DNA of 32,000 nucleotides from Dickeya dadantii NCPPB 898 (GCF_000406145.1 NZ_CM001976.1:3509263-3541262); one strand, 5' to 3'; positions 1-9,427 are shown, counted from the first letter of the stretch. Numbers and translations: made by a program. Notes: generated by a model not told the origin, from the sequence alone.

Positions 1-107
1 AAGAGAGTCTGGCGCAGGTGTACGGCGTTCGCGGCCGTATCGAACGCTGCTCTCGCGGTATTCCGCAGGTGATGATTGACGGGCTGGTTGCCGAACCGAC
101 GCTGTAA
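1..107 (+). CDS. 3' end of an unidentified CDS entering from the left edge (possibly the ATPase of an iron-chelate ABC importer)
   Basis: Open frame phased from nt 3 reads ...ESLAQVYGVRGRIERCSRGIPQVMIDGLVAEPTL, with TAA at 105-107, followed by a hairpin terminator. The similarity of the C-terminal pattern to FepC/FecE-type ATPases is from memory only. Confidence 0.4.
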   Translation, partial: ESLAQVYGVRGRIERCSRGIPQVMIDGLVAEPTL

Positions 108-130
108 ATCAGGCTTACCACGCCACACGT

Positions 131-171
131 AAAAAACGCCCCGCTCATGCAGATGAACGGGGCGTTTTTTT
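131..171. terminator. Bidirectional Rho-independent terminator between convergent genes
   Basis: AAAAAACGCCCCG (131-143) pairs with CGGGGCGTTTTTT (158-170). There is an A-tract on one side and a T-tract on the other. Confidence 0.75.
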
Positions 172-250
172 ATTCACATTCGGTTATTCACGTTTGCTTA
201 TTGGCGCGCTGTTGCAATCAGCCGCCCGATAAAGGCGGCCTCACGGCTTG

Positions 251-1372
251 TCAGGATTTCGCCGGCAGCGTCACCCAATATCCCGGCTGGTACGGCAGCG
301 GCAGGAATTTCTCATGGAAGGTACGGAAGGTGGCATCCGGATCGATATCCTTGAACAAGTCCGGGTGCAACCACTTCGCCATCACCTGAATCGCCACAAA
401 CTGATACGGGCTGTCATAGAACTGATGCCAGATAGCATGAGCCTTGCCGTTGGTGGCGACCGGCAGCGTTTTAAATGCGGAGCGTTCCATCAGCTTCTGC
501 AAGCGTTGCAGCGCCTGTTGCTGGTCGGCCCCCGGCCCCACCCCAACCCAGCCGTTGGCGGTGTTGTAGTTCTTCCAGTTGGCGCCGGTAACAATCACTA
601 CGTCCGGGCGCGCGCTGATGATCTGCTCCGGGTTCAGGGTGCCGAAAGTGCCGGGGATAATCCCCTTAGCGATGTTGATGCCGCCTGCGGCTTCCACCAT
701 TTTCCCAAAGTTTTCATTGCCGAATGACATGCAGCACTCTTCGTCATAGCCGCCGGCACGGTCGAGCATCACCTTCGGACGCGGCCCCTGATAGTTCTTC
801 AGGCGTTCGGTCACGATATCAATCTGTTGACGACGGAACTGAACGATCTCTTCGGCGCGTGCCGGTTTGCCCAGCAGTTGGCCCATGATGCGAATGCTTT
901 TCTCGGCGTTTTCAAACGGCTTTTCACGGAAGTCGATAAACACCACTGGAATGCCCAGACCGCTGAGCTTTTCAATCAGCTTGGCCTCATCGGTAGCCGC
1001 TTTCGCTTCCAGATTCATCAGCACCAGATCCGGCTTCAGGTTCACCGCCTGCTCAACGTTGAAGGTGCCGTCTTTAGCGCCGCCGAAGGTCGGCAATTGT
1101 TTAATCTGCGGATATTTATGTTCATAAGCCAGATAGCCGTCATAGTCGGCTTTCGGCAAGTCGTCGCGCCAGCCGACCACACGCTGGAACGGCGCGTCGG
1201 TGTCAAAGGCCGCCAGCAGATAAATCTGCCGTCCTTCACCCAGGATCACCCGCTTAACTTCAGACTTGATCTCAACTTTTCTGCCGCTAACGTCTTCCAC
1301 CACAATGGGTGCAGCCCTGACTGCCGAAACCAGCCCCAACGCCATGCCAACGGCACACAACCACTTTTTCAT
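251..1372 (-). CDS. Periplasmic substrate-binding protein of an iron-chelate/siderophore-type ABC importer (TroA/FecB-like class)
   Basis: 373-aa ORF with signal peptide MKKWLCAVGMALGLVSAVRA|AP. Length and sequence pattern fit class III binding proteins. An AGGGA SD lies upstream and a strong Fur box lies 26 nt upstream of the ATG. Confidence 0.75.
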   Translation of the reverse strand: MKKWLCAVGMALGLVSAVRAAPIVVEDVSGRKVEIKSEVKRVILGEGRQIYLLAAFDTDAPFQRVVGWRDDLPKADYDGYLAYEHKYPQIKQLPTFGGAKDGTFNVEQAVNLKPDLVLMNLEAKAATDEAKLIEKLSGLGIPVVFIDFREKPFENAEKSIRIMGQLLGKPARAEEIVQFRRQQIDIVTERLKNYQGPRPKVMLDRAGGYDEECCMSFGNENFGKMVEAAGGINIAKGIIPGTFGTLNPEQIISARPDVVIVTGANWKNYNTANGWVGVGPGADQQQALQRLQKLMERSAFKTLPVATNGKAHAIWHQFYDSPYQFVAIQVMAKWLHPDLFKDIDPDATFRTFHEKFLPLPYQPGYWVTLPAKS

Positions 1373-1397
1373 TCTGTTATTCCCTGCCCGTTTTACG

Positions 1398-1416
1398 GAT
1401 AATGAGAGTCATTATC
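1398..1416. promoter_or_regulatory. Fur box
   Basis: GATAATGAGAGTCATTATC matches the consensus GATAATGATAATCATTATC at 17/19 positions. It lies directly upstream of the binding-protein gene. Confidence 0.75.
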
Positions 1417-1580
1417 ATTCAATGTAAATAATAAAGTTACGGTTACATTCGGGCAATCTTTTTTACATGAAAAAACAGGATATTTATCAATACGTGATGG
1501 TGATCGAAGGGCGCAAACTCGGCCTTCCTGGGTTAACGGATCGGGTCAACGAAACGGGCTGAATTTACCGTGGGGCGCAC

Positions 1581-2621
1581 TCACCCCAGCAATGGACGAA
1601 TCCCGCCCATGACATCCGGTTGCGTAGTGAGATAAAGCACAATGCCGGCGAAGGTCAGCGCCATGCCGCCCACCAGCGACAAGGCTGACCAGACAAGCGG
1701 TTGCCAGCGTGGAGAGGAAAAGGCGCCGGCACGGCTCAAACGTTCCAGTTGGCGACGACAGAACAGCACCACCACGCCCAGCAGCGAGACGGTCAGCGCC
1801 GTCCCCAGCGCCATGGTCAGGGCAGCAATCACGCCCCAGACAAACACGTCCAGCACTTTGGCGAACAGCAACACCAGTATTGCACCGGAACACGGGCGCA
1901 ACCCCATCGCCAGCACCACCATCAGGCGGGTACGCCAGCCATCGCTGTGGTTGAGCGCCTCTGCCGCCGGCACGTGCTGATGACCGCAACCACAGTGTTC
2001 GTCGTGTTGGTGGCGTACGGCAGGCGCCAGTCGGATGCCGGACGCGGACGCATCAAGCGGCGTAAACGAGCGGATGCGCGGTTTGGCGCGGGAAAACAGC
2101 AACGCCCGCAGGCGTCTGAATGCGCGCAGGCACAGCCAGCCGCCGAGCCCCGTGACCAGCACAAAGCTGCTTTTCTCCATCCAGAAACTGCCGATGTGCA
2201 AAGCCCGGCTGGAAAGCTGCAACACCGCCAGCACCAAGGTCACCAGTACGATCGCCACCGTCCCTTGCAACAAAGCGGAGGCAAAGGTCAGTTGCAAACT
2301 ACTTTTCAGCCGCGACGGGTGGGTCGCCAGATAGGTGGCGATCACCACTTTGCCATGACCGGGGCCAACCGCATGCAGCACGCCATACACCAGACTGAAC
2401 ATCACCAGCGTCCAACCGGCCTGATGGGGTTGCGCCCGCACCTGCTCCATCAAATCCGACATCTGCTGATGCAGCGACCGCTGCCATTCAATGCTTTGCA
2501 TCAGAATCGACGGCCACCAGACCAGTGCCTGCCATGCGGCTACGCCCATCAGCAGTAAAAACAGCGCCAGCGGCCACCAGCGCAGATAGTTTCGGGTCAC
2601 ATGCGAACGATTTACCGGCAT
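1581..2621 (-). CDS. NicO/RcnA-family metal (Ni/Co-type, possibly Zn) transporter permease
   Basis: 346-aa polytopic membrane ORF with signature HAVGPGHGK, a second motif LRPCSGA, and a His/Cys-rich loop RHQHDEHCGCGHQHV. It overlaps the upstream DUF1007 gene by 10 nt. Confidence 0.8.
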   Translation of the reverse strand: MPVNRSHVTRNYLRWWPLALFLLLMGVAAWQALVWWPSILMQSIEWQRSLHQQMSDLMEQVRAQPHQAGWTLVMFSLVYGVLHAVGPGHGKVVIATYLATHPSRLKSSLQLTFASALLQGTVAIVLVTLVLAVLQLSSRALHIGSFWMEKSSFVLVTGLGGWLCLRAFRRLRALLFSRAKPRIRSFTPLDASASGIRLAPAVRHQHDEHCGCGHQHVPAAEALNHSDGWRTRLMVVLAMGLRPCSGAILVLLFAKVLDVFVWGVIAALTMALGTALTVSLLGVVVLFCRRQLERLSRAGAFSSPRWQPLVWSALSLVGGMALTFAGIVLYLTTQPDVMGGIRPLLG

Positions 2622-3274
2622 TGCAACGTGACCTGTTGAGCAAACTGTTTTCCCAGTTCCACGTCTTTGGACGGTTTGGCTTTTTTATCCAGCGACAGCG
2701 CATAGGACTGGAGTGACGCATCCGGTTTGGGCGTCATGAGCGTGGTTTTACAACGCGCGGCCAGCGCAGCGGTAATCTGAATCGCGTTATCATCCTTATA
2801 GGACATATCCACGAAATAGGTGGGATCATAGGTGGAAATCAGTAACGGCGCGCCCGTCAGCGCTTGCGGGTGAGCCAGCGGCAACACAAACTCCAGCACC
2901 GCTTTGTTGCCCGCGCGGGAGAGGTGGTATTCCGTTGGCAACGGCTGGTATTTCACCGGCTTGCCATCCCGATAAATATCCGTGAAGTAATGCTGCCCCA
3001 ACACATTCGCCATCACCTCGGCGGCCAGCTTTTTCCACACCTCCGAGTCCTTGGCGGCGTTGCCGGCGTCGTACAGCAAATCGGCGGAAGTAATGGGATC
3101 CATAGTCCAGTTCATGCGCAGTCCGGTTATCTGATCGTCTTTCCCTTCCACGGTGGTTTTCATATCGATAAAACTGTGAGGATGGGCCAGAGCCGGGCCG
3201 GATACCGCCACCATGGTTAACAGCAGGCAGCTTACCCAACGGAATGAAAAGCCTAAATTGTTATAATGTAACAT
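2612..3274 (-). CDS. DUF1007-family periplasmic protein (partner of the NicO-like permease)
   Basis: 220-aa ORF with signal peptide ending GPALA|HPHSF; an HPHxF mature N-terminus is typical of DUF1007/COG3683. An AGGA SD lies 6 nt before the ATG at 3274. The gene is translationally coupled to the permease gene. Confidence 0.75.
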   Translation of the reverse strand: MLHYNNLGFSFRWVSCLLLTMVAVSGPALAHPHSFIDMKTTVEGKDDQITGLRMNWTMDPITSADLLYDAGNAAKDSEVWKKLAAEVMANVLGQHYFTDIYRDGKPVKYQPLPTEYHLSRAGNKAVLEFVLPLAHPQALTGAPLLISTYDPTYFVDMSYKDDNAIQITAALAARCKTTLMTPKPDASLQSYALSLDKKAKPSKDVELGKQFAQQVTLQCR

Positions 3275-3277
3275 TTT
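3255..3277. promoter_or_regulatory. Zur-box-like palindrome overlapping the DUF1007 start codon
   Basis: The minus strand reads AAAATGTTACATTATAACAATTT, which matches the gammaproteobacterial Zur consensus GAAATGTTATAWTATAACATTTC (recalled) at 19/23 positions. It is an imperfect palindrome. Confidence 0.55.
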
Positions 3278-3280
3278 CTA

Positions 3281-3355
3281 TCCTGACCGTTTTCGCCTGT
3301 CACCGTTTTTACCTATCACCGTTTTTACCTATCACTGTTTTTACCTATCACTGAC
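3281..3355. repeat. 16-bp tandem direct repeat array (3 near-perfect copies plus 1-2 degenerate copies)
   Basis: The + strand unit TCACCGTTTTTACCTA occurs at 3300-3315, 3316-3331 and 3332-3347 (one C>T change). There is a partial copy at 3348-3355 and a degenerate copy at 3281-3299. The array fills the hcaT-to-DUF1007 gap. Confidence 0.9.
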
Positions 3356-3367
3356 ATGCCGTCTTAC

Positions 3368-4516
3368 TCAGCGCGAGCGAGCACTCACCTGCGGGCGCAG
3401 CATGAACGCCGGTAGCACCAGCAATGCCATAACCCAGAAGGTTCCGCCCTGAAGGTACTCAAACAGAAAACCGGACACCACCGTCATCACGGCGACCGCG
3501 CCCCCGGTGCCCAGCGCCGAATACGCCGCCTGCAGGCGCAGCACGTCCGCATCGTGGCGCGAGGAGATAAACCGCATGGCGGCCAGATGACAAACCGTAA
3601 AGGTGCCGCAATGTAAAATCTGCATCACAATCAACCACGGCAGTGACACCGTCGCCCCCATCAGGCTCCAGCGCACCACACCGCACAGCGCGGACAGCAT
3701 CAGCAACCCGGACGCGCTCCAATGCCCGAACAGACGCTTGCTCAGCGCAAAAACGACGATTTCCGCCACCACGCCCAGCGACCACAGGTAGCCGATAACC
3801 GCAGCGGAATAGCCCGCCTGCTGCCAGTAAATCACACTAAAGCCGTAGTAGGCGGCATGAGCCCCCTGCAACAAAGACACGCTCAGCAGAAAACGCCAGA
3901 CCGCCGGATCGCGCAGCAAAATAAACCACGGCGTGGCGGCCGTCTGCGTCTGATGACGTTTGACTGAGGCGGGCATCACGTGCGGCCGCAACGCCATGCC
4001 CAGCAGCATCGATAACAGCCCTGCCGCCAGCGTCGCCAGAATCGCCTGATGCCCCCAGACCGCTACCAGTTGTCCGGTAACAGCGGAGCCAATCACAAAC
4101 GCCACCGAGCCCCACACCCGCACCCGGCCGTAATCCAGAGGAATCTGTTTTTGCCAGGTCGCCGCCAGCGCATCGGTAAGCGGAATCAATGGCGCGAAGA
4201 ACAGGTTGAAGCCGATCATCACCAGCATTAGCCATAACCAGGCGCTGCCCAGCCAGAACCCGATGAATGTCAGCACCGACAGCAATGCCAATACTCTCAG
4301 TACAGTAATCAGCCGGGCGGGATCTTTCACCAGCGGAGTAATGAACAGGCTGCCGACAAACCGCGCCACCAACCCGGCACCGAGCAGAATGCCGATCGCC
4401 TCGGCGGATAGCCCTTCGCCTTTTAGCCAGCCGCCCCAGAAAGGCAAAAAAATGCCATAGCTGAAGAAATAGGTGAAATAGCCGAGCGCCAGCCAGTACG
4501 TTGATTGCAGAACCAT
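3368..4516 (-). CDS. hcaT: MFS transporter, 3-phenylpropionate transporter HcaT homologue
   Basis: 382-aa 12-TM ORF. The N-terminus MVLQSTYWLALGYFTYFFSYGIFLPFWGGWLKG and the C-terminal half (QILHCGTFTVCHLAAMR) closely track E. coli HcaT as I recall it. Confidence 0.8.
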   Translation of the reverse strand: MVLQSTYWLALGYFTYFFSYGIFLPFWGGWLKGEGLSAEAIGILLGAGLVARFVGSLFITPLVKDPARLITVLRVLALLSVLTFIGFWLGSAWLWLMLVMIGFNLFFAPLIPLTDALAATWQKQIPLDYGRVRVWGSVAFVIGSAVTGQLVAVWGHQAILATLAAGLLSMLLGMALRPHVMPASVKRHQTQTAATPWFILLRDPAVWRFLLSVSLLQGAHAAYYGFSVIYWQQAGYSAAVIGYLWSLGVVAEIVVFALSKRLFGHWSASGLLMLSALCGVVRWSLMGATVSLPWLIVMQILHCGTFTVCHLAAMRFISSRHDADVLRLQAAYSALGTGGAVAVMTVVSGFLFEYLQGGTFWVMALLVLPAFMLRPQVSARSR

Positions 4517-4578
4517 GTCATCTCCCCTCTACGGTCGGTTACTCTGGCAGAGAGCCGGAATAGACGCAACGGGAAGCA

Positions 4579-4609
4579 GAAAACAAACGCCAGCCCGAAG
4601 GCTGGCGTT
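4579..4609 (-). terminator. glyA Rho-independent terminator
   Basis: AACGCCAGCC (4586-4595) pairs with GGCTGGCGTT (4600-4609) around a CGAA loop. On the minus strand the hairpin is followed by TGTTTTC. Confidence 0.7.
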
Positions 4610-4649
4610 GACGGCGCGCCCGAGCAACTCGGACGCATCAGGCAGGCTA

Positions 4650-5903
4650 TCAGGCGTAAACCGGGAAACGGGCGCAGATATCCAGCACTTTCTGTTTAAC
4701 GCGCTCGATAACGGCTTCATCGTTGATGTTGTCCAGCACATCGCAGATCCAGCCGGCCAGTTCACGCACTTCCGCTTCTTTGAAACCGCGACGGGTGGCC
4801 GCCGGCGTACCGATACGGATACCGGAGGTCACGAACGGGCTCTTCGGATCGTTCGGCACGCTGTTTTTGTTCACGGTGATGTTGGCGCGGCCCAGCGCGG
4901 CGTCAGCCTCTTTACCGGTCAGGTTTTTGCTGACCAGATCCAGCAGGAACAGGTGGTTATCGGTACCGCCGGACACCACGTTGAACCCGCGGGACAGGAA
5001 CACCTCAACCATCGCTTTGGCGTTTTTCGCCACCTGCTGCTGGTAAGTCTTGAACTCCGGCTCCATCGCTTCTTTCAGCGCGACGGCTTTACCGGCGATG
5101 ACGTGCATCAGCGGGCCGCCCTGTCCGCCCGGGAACACGGCAGAGTTCAGTTTCTTGTACAGATCTTCGTCGCCGCCTTTCGCCAGGATCAGGCCGCCAC
5201 GCGGGCCCGCCAGGGTTTTGTGGGTGGTGGTGGTCACGATGTGAGCGTGCGGAACCGGGTTCGGGTAAACGCCCGCGGCAACCAGACCAGCAACGTGCGC
5301 CATGTCGACGAACAGGTAAGCACCGATGCTGTCGGCGATTTCACGCATTTTCGCCCAGTCAACGATACCGGAATACGCGGAGAAGCCGCCCACGATCATT
5401 TTCGGCTTGTGCGTGCGGGCCAGTTCGGCCATTTCGTCGTAGTTGATCTTGCCGCTGTCATCGATGCCGTAAGGCACAACATTGTACAGTTTGCCGGACA
5501 GGTTGACCGGAGAGCCGTGAGTCAGGTGGCCGCCGTGCGCCAGGTTCATGCCCAGAATGGTGTCACCCGGCAGCAGCAGCGCGGTGTAAACAGCAAAGTT
5601 AGCCTGAGAGCCGGAGTGCGGCTGTACGTTGGCGTAGTCGGCGCCAAACAGTTCCTTGGCGCGATCGATCGCCAATTGTTCAACCACGTCAACGTATTCG
5701 CAACCGCCGTAGTAGCGTTTGCCCGGATACCCTTCGGCGTATTTGTTGGTCAGCTGAGACCCCTGGGCCTGCATGACGCGTGGACTGGTATAGTTTTCTG
5801 ACGCAATCAGTTCAATGTGCTCTTCCTGACGCACCACTTCTTGCTGCATTGCTTGCCATAGCTCGGCATCGTAATCGGCAATGTTCATTTCACGCTTTAA
5901 CAT
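4650..5903 (-). CDS. glyA: Serine hydroxymethyltransferase
   Basis: 417 aa starting [19 protein letters not shown]..., near-identical to E. coli GlyA. An AGGAG SD lies 6 nt upstream of the ATG at 5903. The ORF-track start at 5909 has no spacer after the SD. Confidence 0.97.
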   Translation of the reverse strand: MLKREMNIADYDAELWQAMQQEVVRQEEHIELIASENYTSPRVMQAQGSQLTNKYAEGYPGKRYYGGCEYVDVVEQLAIDRAKELFGADYANVQPHSGSQANFAVYTALLLPGDTILGMNLAHGGHLTHGSPVNLSGKLYNVVPYGIDDSGKINYDEMAELARTHKPKMIVGGFSAYSGIVDWAKMREIADSIGAYLFVDMAHVAGLVAAGVYPNPVPHAHIVTTTTHKTLAGPRGGLILAKGGDEDLYKKLNSAVFPGGQGGPLMHVIAGKAVALKEAMEPEFKTYQQQVAKNAKAMVEVFLSRGFNVVSGGTDNHLFLLDLVSKNLTGKEADAALGRANITVNKNSVPNDPKSPFVTSGIRIGTPAATRRGFKEAEVRELAGWICDVLDNINDEAVIERVKQKVLDICARFPVYA

Positions 5904-6017
5904 CCGCATCTCCTGACTCAGCTAACTTGCTTCTTTATTAAAAACACCCCAGAGGGCCGTGGGCACATAGTGTAAACCGTTTTGGACTGGCGATGATAGG
6001 GCTTGACAGAGGTTTTT

Positions 6018-6033
6018 ACGCAAACGATTAGCT
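6018..6033. promoter_or_regulatory. Possible PurR operator (good left half only) in the glyA/hmp divergent control region
   Basis: ACGCAAACGATTAGCT compared with PurR consensus ACGCAAACGTTTGCGT. The left half is perfect and the right half is poor. glyA belongs to the E. coli PurR regulon. Confidence 0.3.
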
Positions 6034-6194
6034 ACAGGCTACGCAAGGCTTTACGTCTTTCCGGGATTAGCCATTCCTGCTGATTTTTTCTCATCCTCAA
6101 CCTGCATTTTTTTCATACGCCTTTCCCCCTGATTCGTTACCCCGCCCCTACCCCAGACCATCACCGGGGATTTACAGGCAACATCCTTTTTAAT

Positions 6195-6217
6195 AAGATG
6201 TATTTAAAATACAACTT
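6195..6217. promoter_or_regulatory. NsrR operator (11-1-11 inverted repeat) in the hmp promoter
   Basis: AAGATGTATTT-A-AAATACAACTT has one mismatch from perfect dyad symmetry. It matches the NsrR site AAGATGyATTT-n-AAATrCATCTT known upstream of E. coli hmp and lies 22 nt before the hmp ATG. Confidence 0.8.
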
Positions 6218-6239
6218 ATAGACAACAATGAGGCTCACC

Positions 6240-7427
6240 ATGCTGGATCAACAAACCATCGCCACCATCAAATCCACCATTCCTCTGCTGGCCGAAACCG
6301 GTCCGGCGCTGACCGCTCACTTTTATCAGCGGATGTTCCACCATAACCCGGAACTGAAAGATATCTTCAATATGAGTAATCAGCGTAATGGCGACCAGCG
6401 CGAAGCGCTGTTCAATGCCATTTGCGCCTACGCGACGCATATCGAAAACCTGCCGGCGTTGCTGCCCGCGGTAGAACGTATCGCGCAAAAGCATGCCAGC
6501 TTCAATATTCAGCCGGAACAGTATCAGATAGTGGGTACTCACCTGCTGGCAACGCTGGAAGAAATGTTCCAGCCCGGTCAGGCGGTGCTGGATGCCTGGG
6601 GCAAAGCCTACGGCGTGCTGGCGAATGTGTTTATCCAGCGGGAAAGCGACATTTATCAGCAAAGCGCCGGACAAAACGGCGGCTGGCATGGCACCCGGCT
6701 GTTTCGCATCGTGGCGAAACAGCCCCAGAGCAGCCTGATCACCAGCTTCACGCTGGAACCGGTGGATAGCGGCCCGATCGCCGCATTCCGTCCCGGCCAG
6801 TATCTGGCGGTCTACATCCGCGATAAGCGCTTTGAATATCAGGAGATTCGTCAGTACTCACTAACGAACGAACCCAACGGGCGCTATTACCGTATCGCGG
6901 TCAAACGGGAAGCGATGGGCAGCGTATCGGGCTATTTGCACGACGTCTCCCGCGAAGGCGATGTGATTGAACTGGCCGCCCCGCACGGCGATTTCTACCT
7001 TGAGGTCACGCCAGAGACGCCGGTAGCGCTGATTTCCGCCGGTGTTGGTCAAACACCGATGCTCAGCATGCTGCACAGCCTGAAAAATCAGCAGCACCAG
7101 GCGGATATCTTCTGGTTACACGCGGCTGAAAACACAGAGGTACATGCCTTCGCCGACGAAATCGCCGATGTTGCCGCTACGCTGCCGCAGTTGCAATCCT
7201 ATGTCTGGTATCGGGAAGCCTCATCGGAAGCGGCACGTTCGGCGCATGTTTTTCACGGATTGATGGCGTTGAAGGACCTCCCGACGCCGCTGCCGATGAC
7301 AAACCTGCACTGTTATTTATGCGGCCCGGTCGCCTTTATGCAATTCGCCGCCCGACAATTGTTGGAGTTGGGGATTACCGAATCGCAGATTCATTACGAA
7401 TGCTTTGGTCCGCACAAGGTTATATAA
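6240..7427 (+). CDS. hmp: Flavohaemoprotein (NO dioxygenase)
   Basis: 396 aa starting [17 protein letters not shown]...; globin plus FAD/NAD reductase domains, colinear with E. coli Hmp through ...[19 protein letters not shown] lies 6 nt before the ATG at 6240, and the ORF-track ATG at 6228 lies inside that SD. Confidence 0.96.
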   Translation: MLDQQTIATIKSTIPLLAETGPALTAHFYQRMFHHNPELKDIFNMSNQRNGDQREALFNAICAYATHIENLPALLPAVERIAQKHASFNIQPEQYQIVGTHLLATLEEMFQPGQAVLDAWGKAYGVLANVFIQRESDIYQQSAGQNGGWHGTRLFRIVAKQPQSSLITSFTLEPVDSGPIAAFRPGQYLAVYIRDKRFEYQEIRQYSLTNEPNGRYYRIAVKREAMGSVSGYLHDVSREGDVIELAAPHGDFYLEVTPETPVALISAGVGQTPMLSMLHSLKNQQHQADIFWLHAAENTEVHAFADEIADVAATLPQLQSYVWYREASSEAARSAHVFHGLMALKDLPTPLPMTNLHCYLCGPVAFMQFAARQLLELGITESQIHYECFGPHKVI

Positions 7428-7457
7428 CCGATAAAAGGTTATATTTATTCACACCAG

Positions 7458-7482
7458 CAGGCCGGGAATCCGGCCTGTTTTA
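7458..7482 (+). terminator. hmp Rho-independent terminator
   Basis: CAGGCCGG-GAAT-CCGGCCTG followed by TTTT. Confidence 0.8.
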
Positions 7483-7701
7483 CTTTCCATTTATTTCCCA
7501 AAAATAAACACCAGTACAGAAATAACCTGACGAGGTAACCGTTACTGTTTCGTAATAGTTTCATTTACCACCGCGTCATGCTGACCAGTAAAAACCCGCC
7601 AGTAAAAACAACGCTCCCTCCCCCTTCTCACTTTTTATTCCCGAATTGAAAATAGTTAAGTAAACCTTCATAAATAAGAAATAAAAAACACAATGTTACA
7701 T

Positions 7702-7718
7702 TTAAAACATCGTTTCAT
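7702..7718. promoter_or_regulatory. KdgR-box candidate upstream of pelA
   Basis: TTAAAAC-ATC-GTTTCAT compared with KdgR 7-3-7 core ATGAAAC-ATT-GTTTCAT. The right half is perfect and the left half matches 5/7. It lies in an AT-rich region ~220 nt upstream of pelA. Confidence 0.45.
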
Positions 7719-7936
7719 TATCATCAAATATTGAAAAACAAATAAATAGATCGTATTCATTGGCGGCCCTTAAGTGGCGGCATCGCCGAAACTTCAATAT
7801 TAATAATAAAACATTATTGATAGGTGATGAGGCGTATGGCAGGCGGTCATGAGAGGACGATAAATAAAAATAACCCATCGATATATATGGAAATTATTTT
7901 TAACAATCAACAAAGGATTTTAGTAAGGAAAATACG

Positions 7937-9115
7937 ATGAACAAAGTATCAGGACGTTCTTTTACACGCACCTCAACCTGTCTGCTGGCTACATTGATCG
8001 CTGGCGTGATGACCTCTGGCGTTTCCGCTGCCGAACTGGTTAACAGCAAAGCGCTGGAATCTGCGCCCGCCGCCGGCTGGGCGTCACAAAACGGCTCCAC
8101 CACCGGCGGTGCCGCTGCAACCAGCGATAATATCTACGTCGTTACCAATATCAGTGAATTCACCAGCGCGCTCAGCGCCGGCGCCGTCGCAAAAATCATC
8201 CAGATCACAGGCACGGTCGATATCAGCGGCGGCACGCCCTACAAAGATTTCGCTGATCAGAAAGCCCGCAGCCAGATCAACATTCCGGCTAACACCACCG
8301 TGATCGGGATTGGCACCGACGCCAAATTCATCAACGGCTCTCTGATTATCGACGGTACCGACGGCACCAATAACGTCATCATCCGCAACGTCTACATCCA
8401 AACGCCAATTGACGTAGAACCGCATTACGAAAAAGGCGACGGCTGGAACGCCGAATGGGACGGCATGAACATCACCAACGGCGCCCATCATGTATGGGTC
8501 GACCACGTCACCATCAGCGACGGCAGCTTCACCGATGACATGTACACCACCAAAGACGGCGAAACTTATGTCCAGCACGATGGCGCACTGGATATCAAAC
8601 GCGGTTCCGACTACGTGACCATCTCCAACAGCCTGTTCGATCAGCACGACAAAACCATGCTGATTGGTCACAGCGACACCAACTCCGCTCAGGATAAAGG
8701 CAAGCTGCACGTCACGCTGTTCAACAACGTGTTTAACCGCGTAACCGAGCGAGCGCCGCGCGTACGCTACGGCAGCATCCACAGCTTCAACAACGTCTTC
8801 AACGGTGATGTAAAAGATCCGGTATACCGTTACCTGTACAGCTTCGGTATCGGCACCAGCGGCAGCGTACTGTCTGAAGGCAACAGCTTCACCATCGCCA
8901 ATTTGAGCGCCAGCAAAGCGTGCAAGGTTGTGAAGAAATTCAACGGCTCCATTTTCTCCGACAATGGTTCCGTCCTGAATGGCAGCGCCGCCGATCTGTC
9001 CGGTTGTGGTTTCAGCGCTTACACCAGCGCGATTCCTTACGTTTACGCCGTTCAGCCGATGACTACCGAACTGGCGCAATCCATTACGGACAACGCAGGT
9101 TCAGGCAAGCTGTAA
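7937..9115 (+). CDS. pelA: Pectate lyase, PL1 family (PelA-type)
   Basis: 392-aa ORF with a signal peptide ending VSA|AE. PL1 motifs are [10 protein letters not shown] and RAPRVRYG. An AAGGA SD is present. It is the first of three tandem paralogues in the Dickeya order pelA-pelE-pelD-paeY-pemA. Confidence 0.9.
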   Translation: MNKVSGRSFTRTSTCLLATLIAGVMTSGVSAAELVNSKALESAPAAGWASQNGSTTGGAAATSDNIYVVTNISEFTSALSAGAVAKIIQITGTVDISGGTPYKDFADQKARSQINIPANTTVIGIGTDAKFINGSLIIDGTDGTNNVIIRNVYIQTPIDVEPHYEKGDGWNAEWDGMNITNGAHHVWVDHVTISDGSFTDDMYTTKDGETYVQHDGALDIKRGSDYVTISNSLFDQHDKTMLIGHSDTNSAQDKGKLHVTLFNNVFNRVTERAPRVRYGSIHSFNNVFNGDVKDPVYRYLYSFGIGTSGSVLSEGNSFTIANLSASKACKVVKKFNGSIFSDNGSVLNGSAADLSGCGFSAYTSAIPYVYAVQPMTTELAQSITDNAGSGKL

Positions 9116-9135
9116 TTTCCCGTTCTTTTGTTCCC

Positions 9136-9163
9136 AACGGCTGCCCCACGGGCGGCCGTTTTT
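9136..9163 (+). terminator. pelA terminator
   Basis: AACGGCTGCCC pairs with GGGCGGCCGTT (one G-U pair), followed by TTT. Confidence 0.7.
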
Positions 9164-9427
9164 ACGTCTAGCCCACACCGTCATCCGCCCGACTCGTCCC
9201 CTTTCTTCGTGCCAATTTCGTACTCATTTCTTATTAATTTATTACTAATTTTCGCATTAACACCGCCAGTCTAAAACAGCAGAATTAATTAACTATCACC
9301 GTTACAATCATCGAAATTAAAAATATAAATAATTGATTTAAATCATAAAAAATAAAAAACCAAGTAACACAAAGTTACAAATACAGTCAATAGTTTATTT
9401 TTTATTAATAAACACCATTGTCATCAT

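Noticed and set aside
248-2558. + strand ORFs 248-727, 827-1402 and 1701-2558, plus assorted smaller ones.
   Set aside because: They are antisense to the binding-protein and NicO-like genes, which have signal peptide, TM and signature-motif support. None has independent support.
3281-3355. Possibility that the 16-bp repeats are a CRISPR array.
   Set aside because: The units are directly abutting with no spacers and are far shorter than CRISPR repeats. No cas genes are nearby. This is a plain tandem repeat.
4515-5801. 428-aa + strand ORF, plus 4723-5046 and 5050-5244.
   Set aside because: It is entirely antisense to glyA, whose identity is unambiguous. The translation is Arg/Gly/Val-rich with no motifs. 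It is a typical shadow ORF of a GC-rich gene.
7540-7565. Second KdgR-like sequence TGTTTCGTAATAGTTTCATTT upstream of pelA.
   Set aside because: It contains two direct GTTTC half-sites rather than the inverted arrangement KdgR requires.
7836-7940. 34-codon ORF ending in an ATGA overlap with the pelA start.
   Set aside because: It lies in a very AT-rich promoter region. The GAGG is only 3 nt from its ATG and nothing else supports it. It is probably chance.
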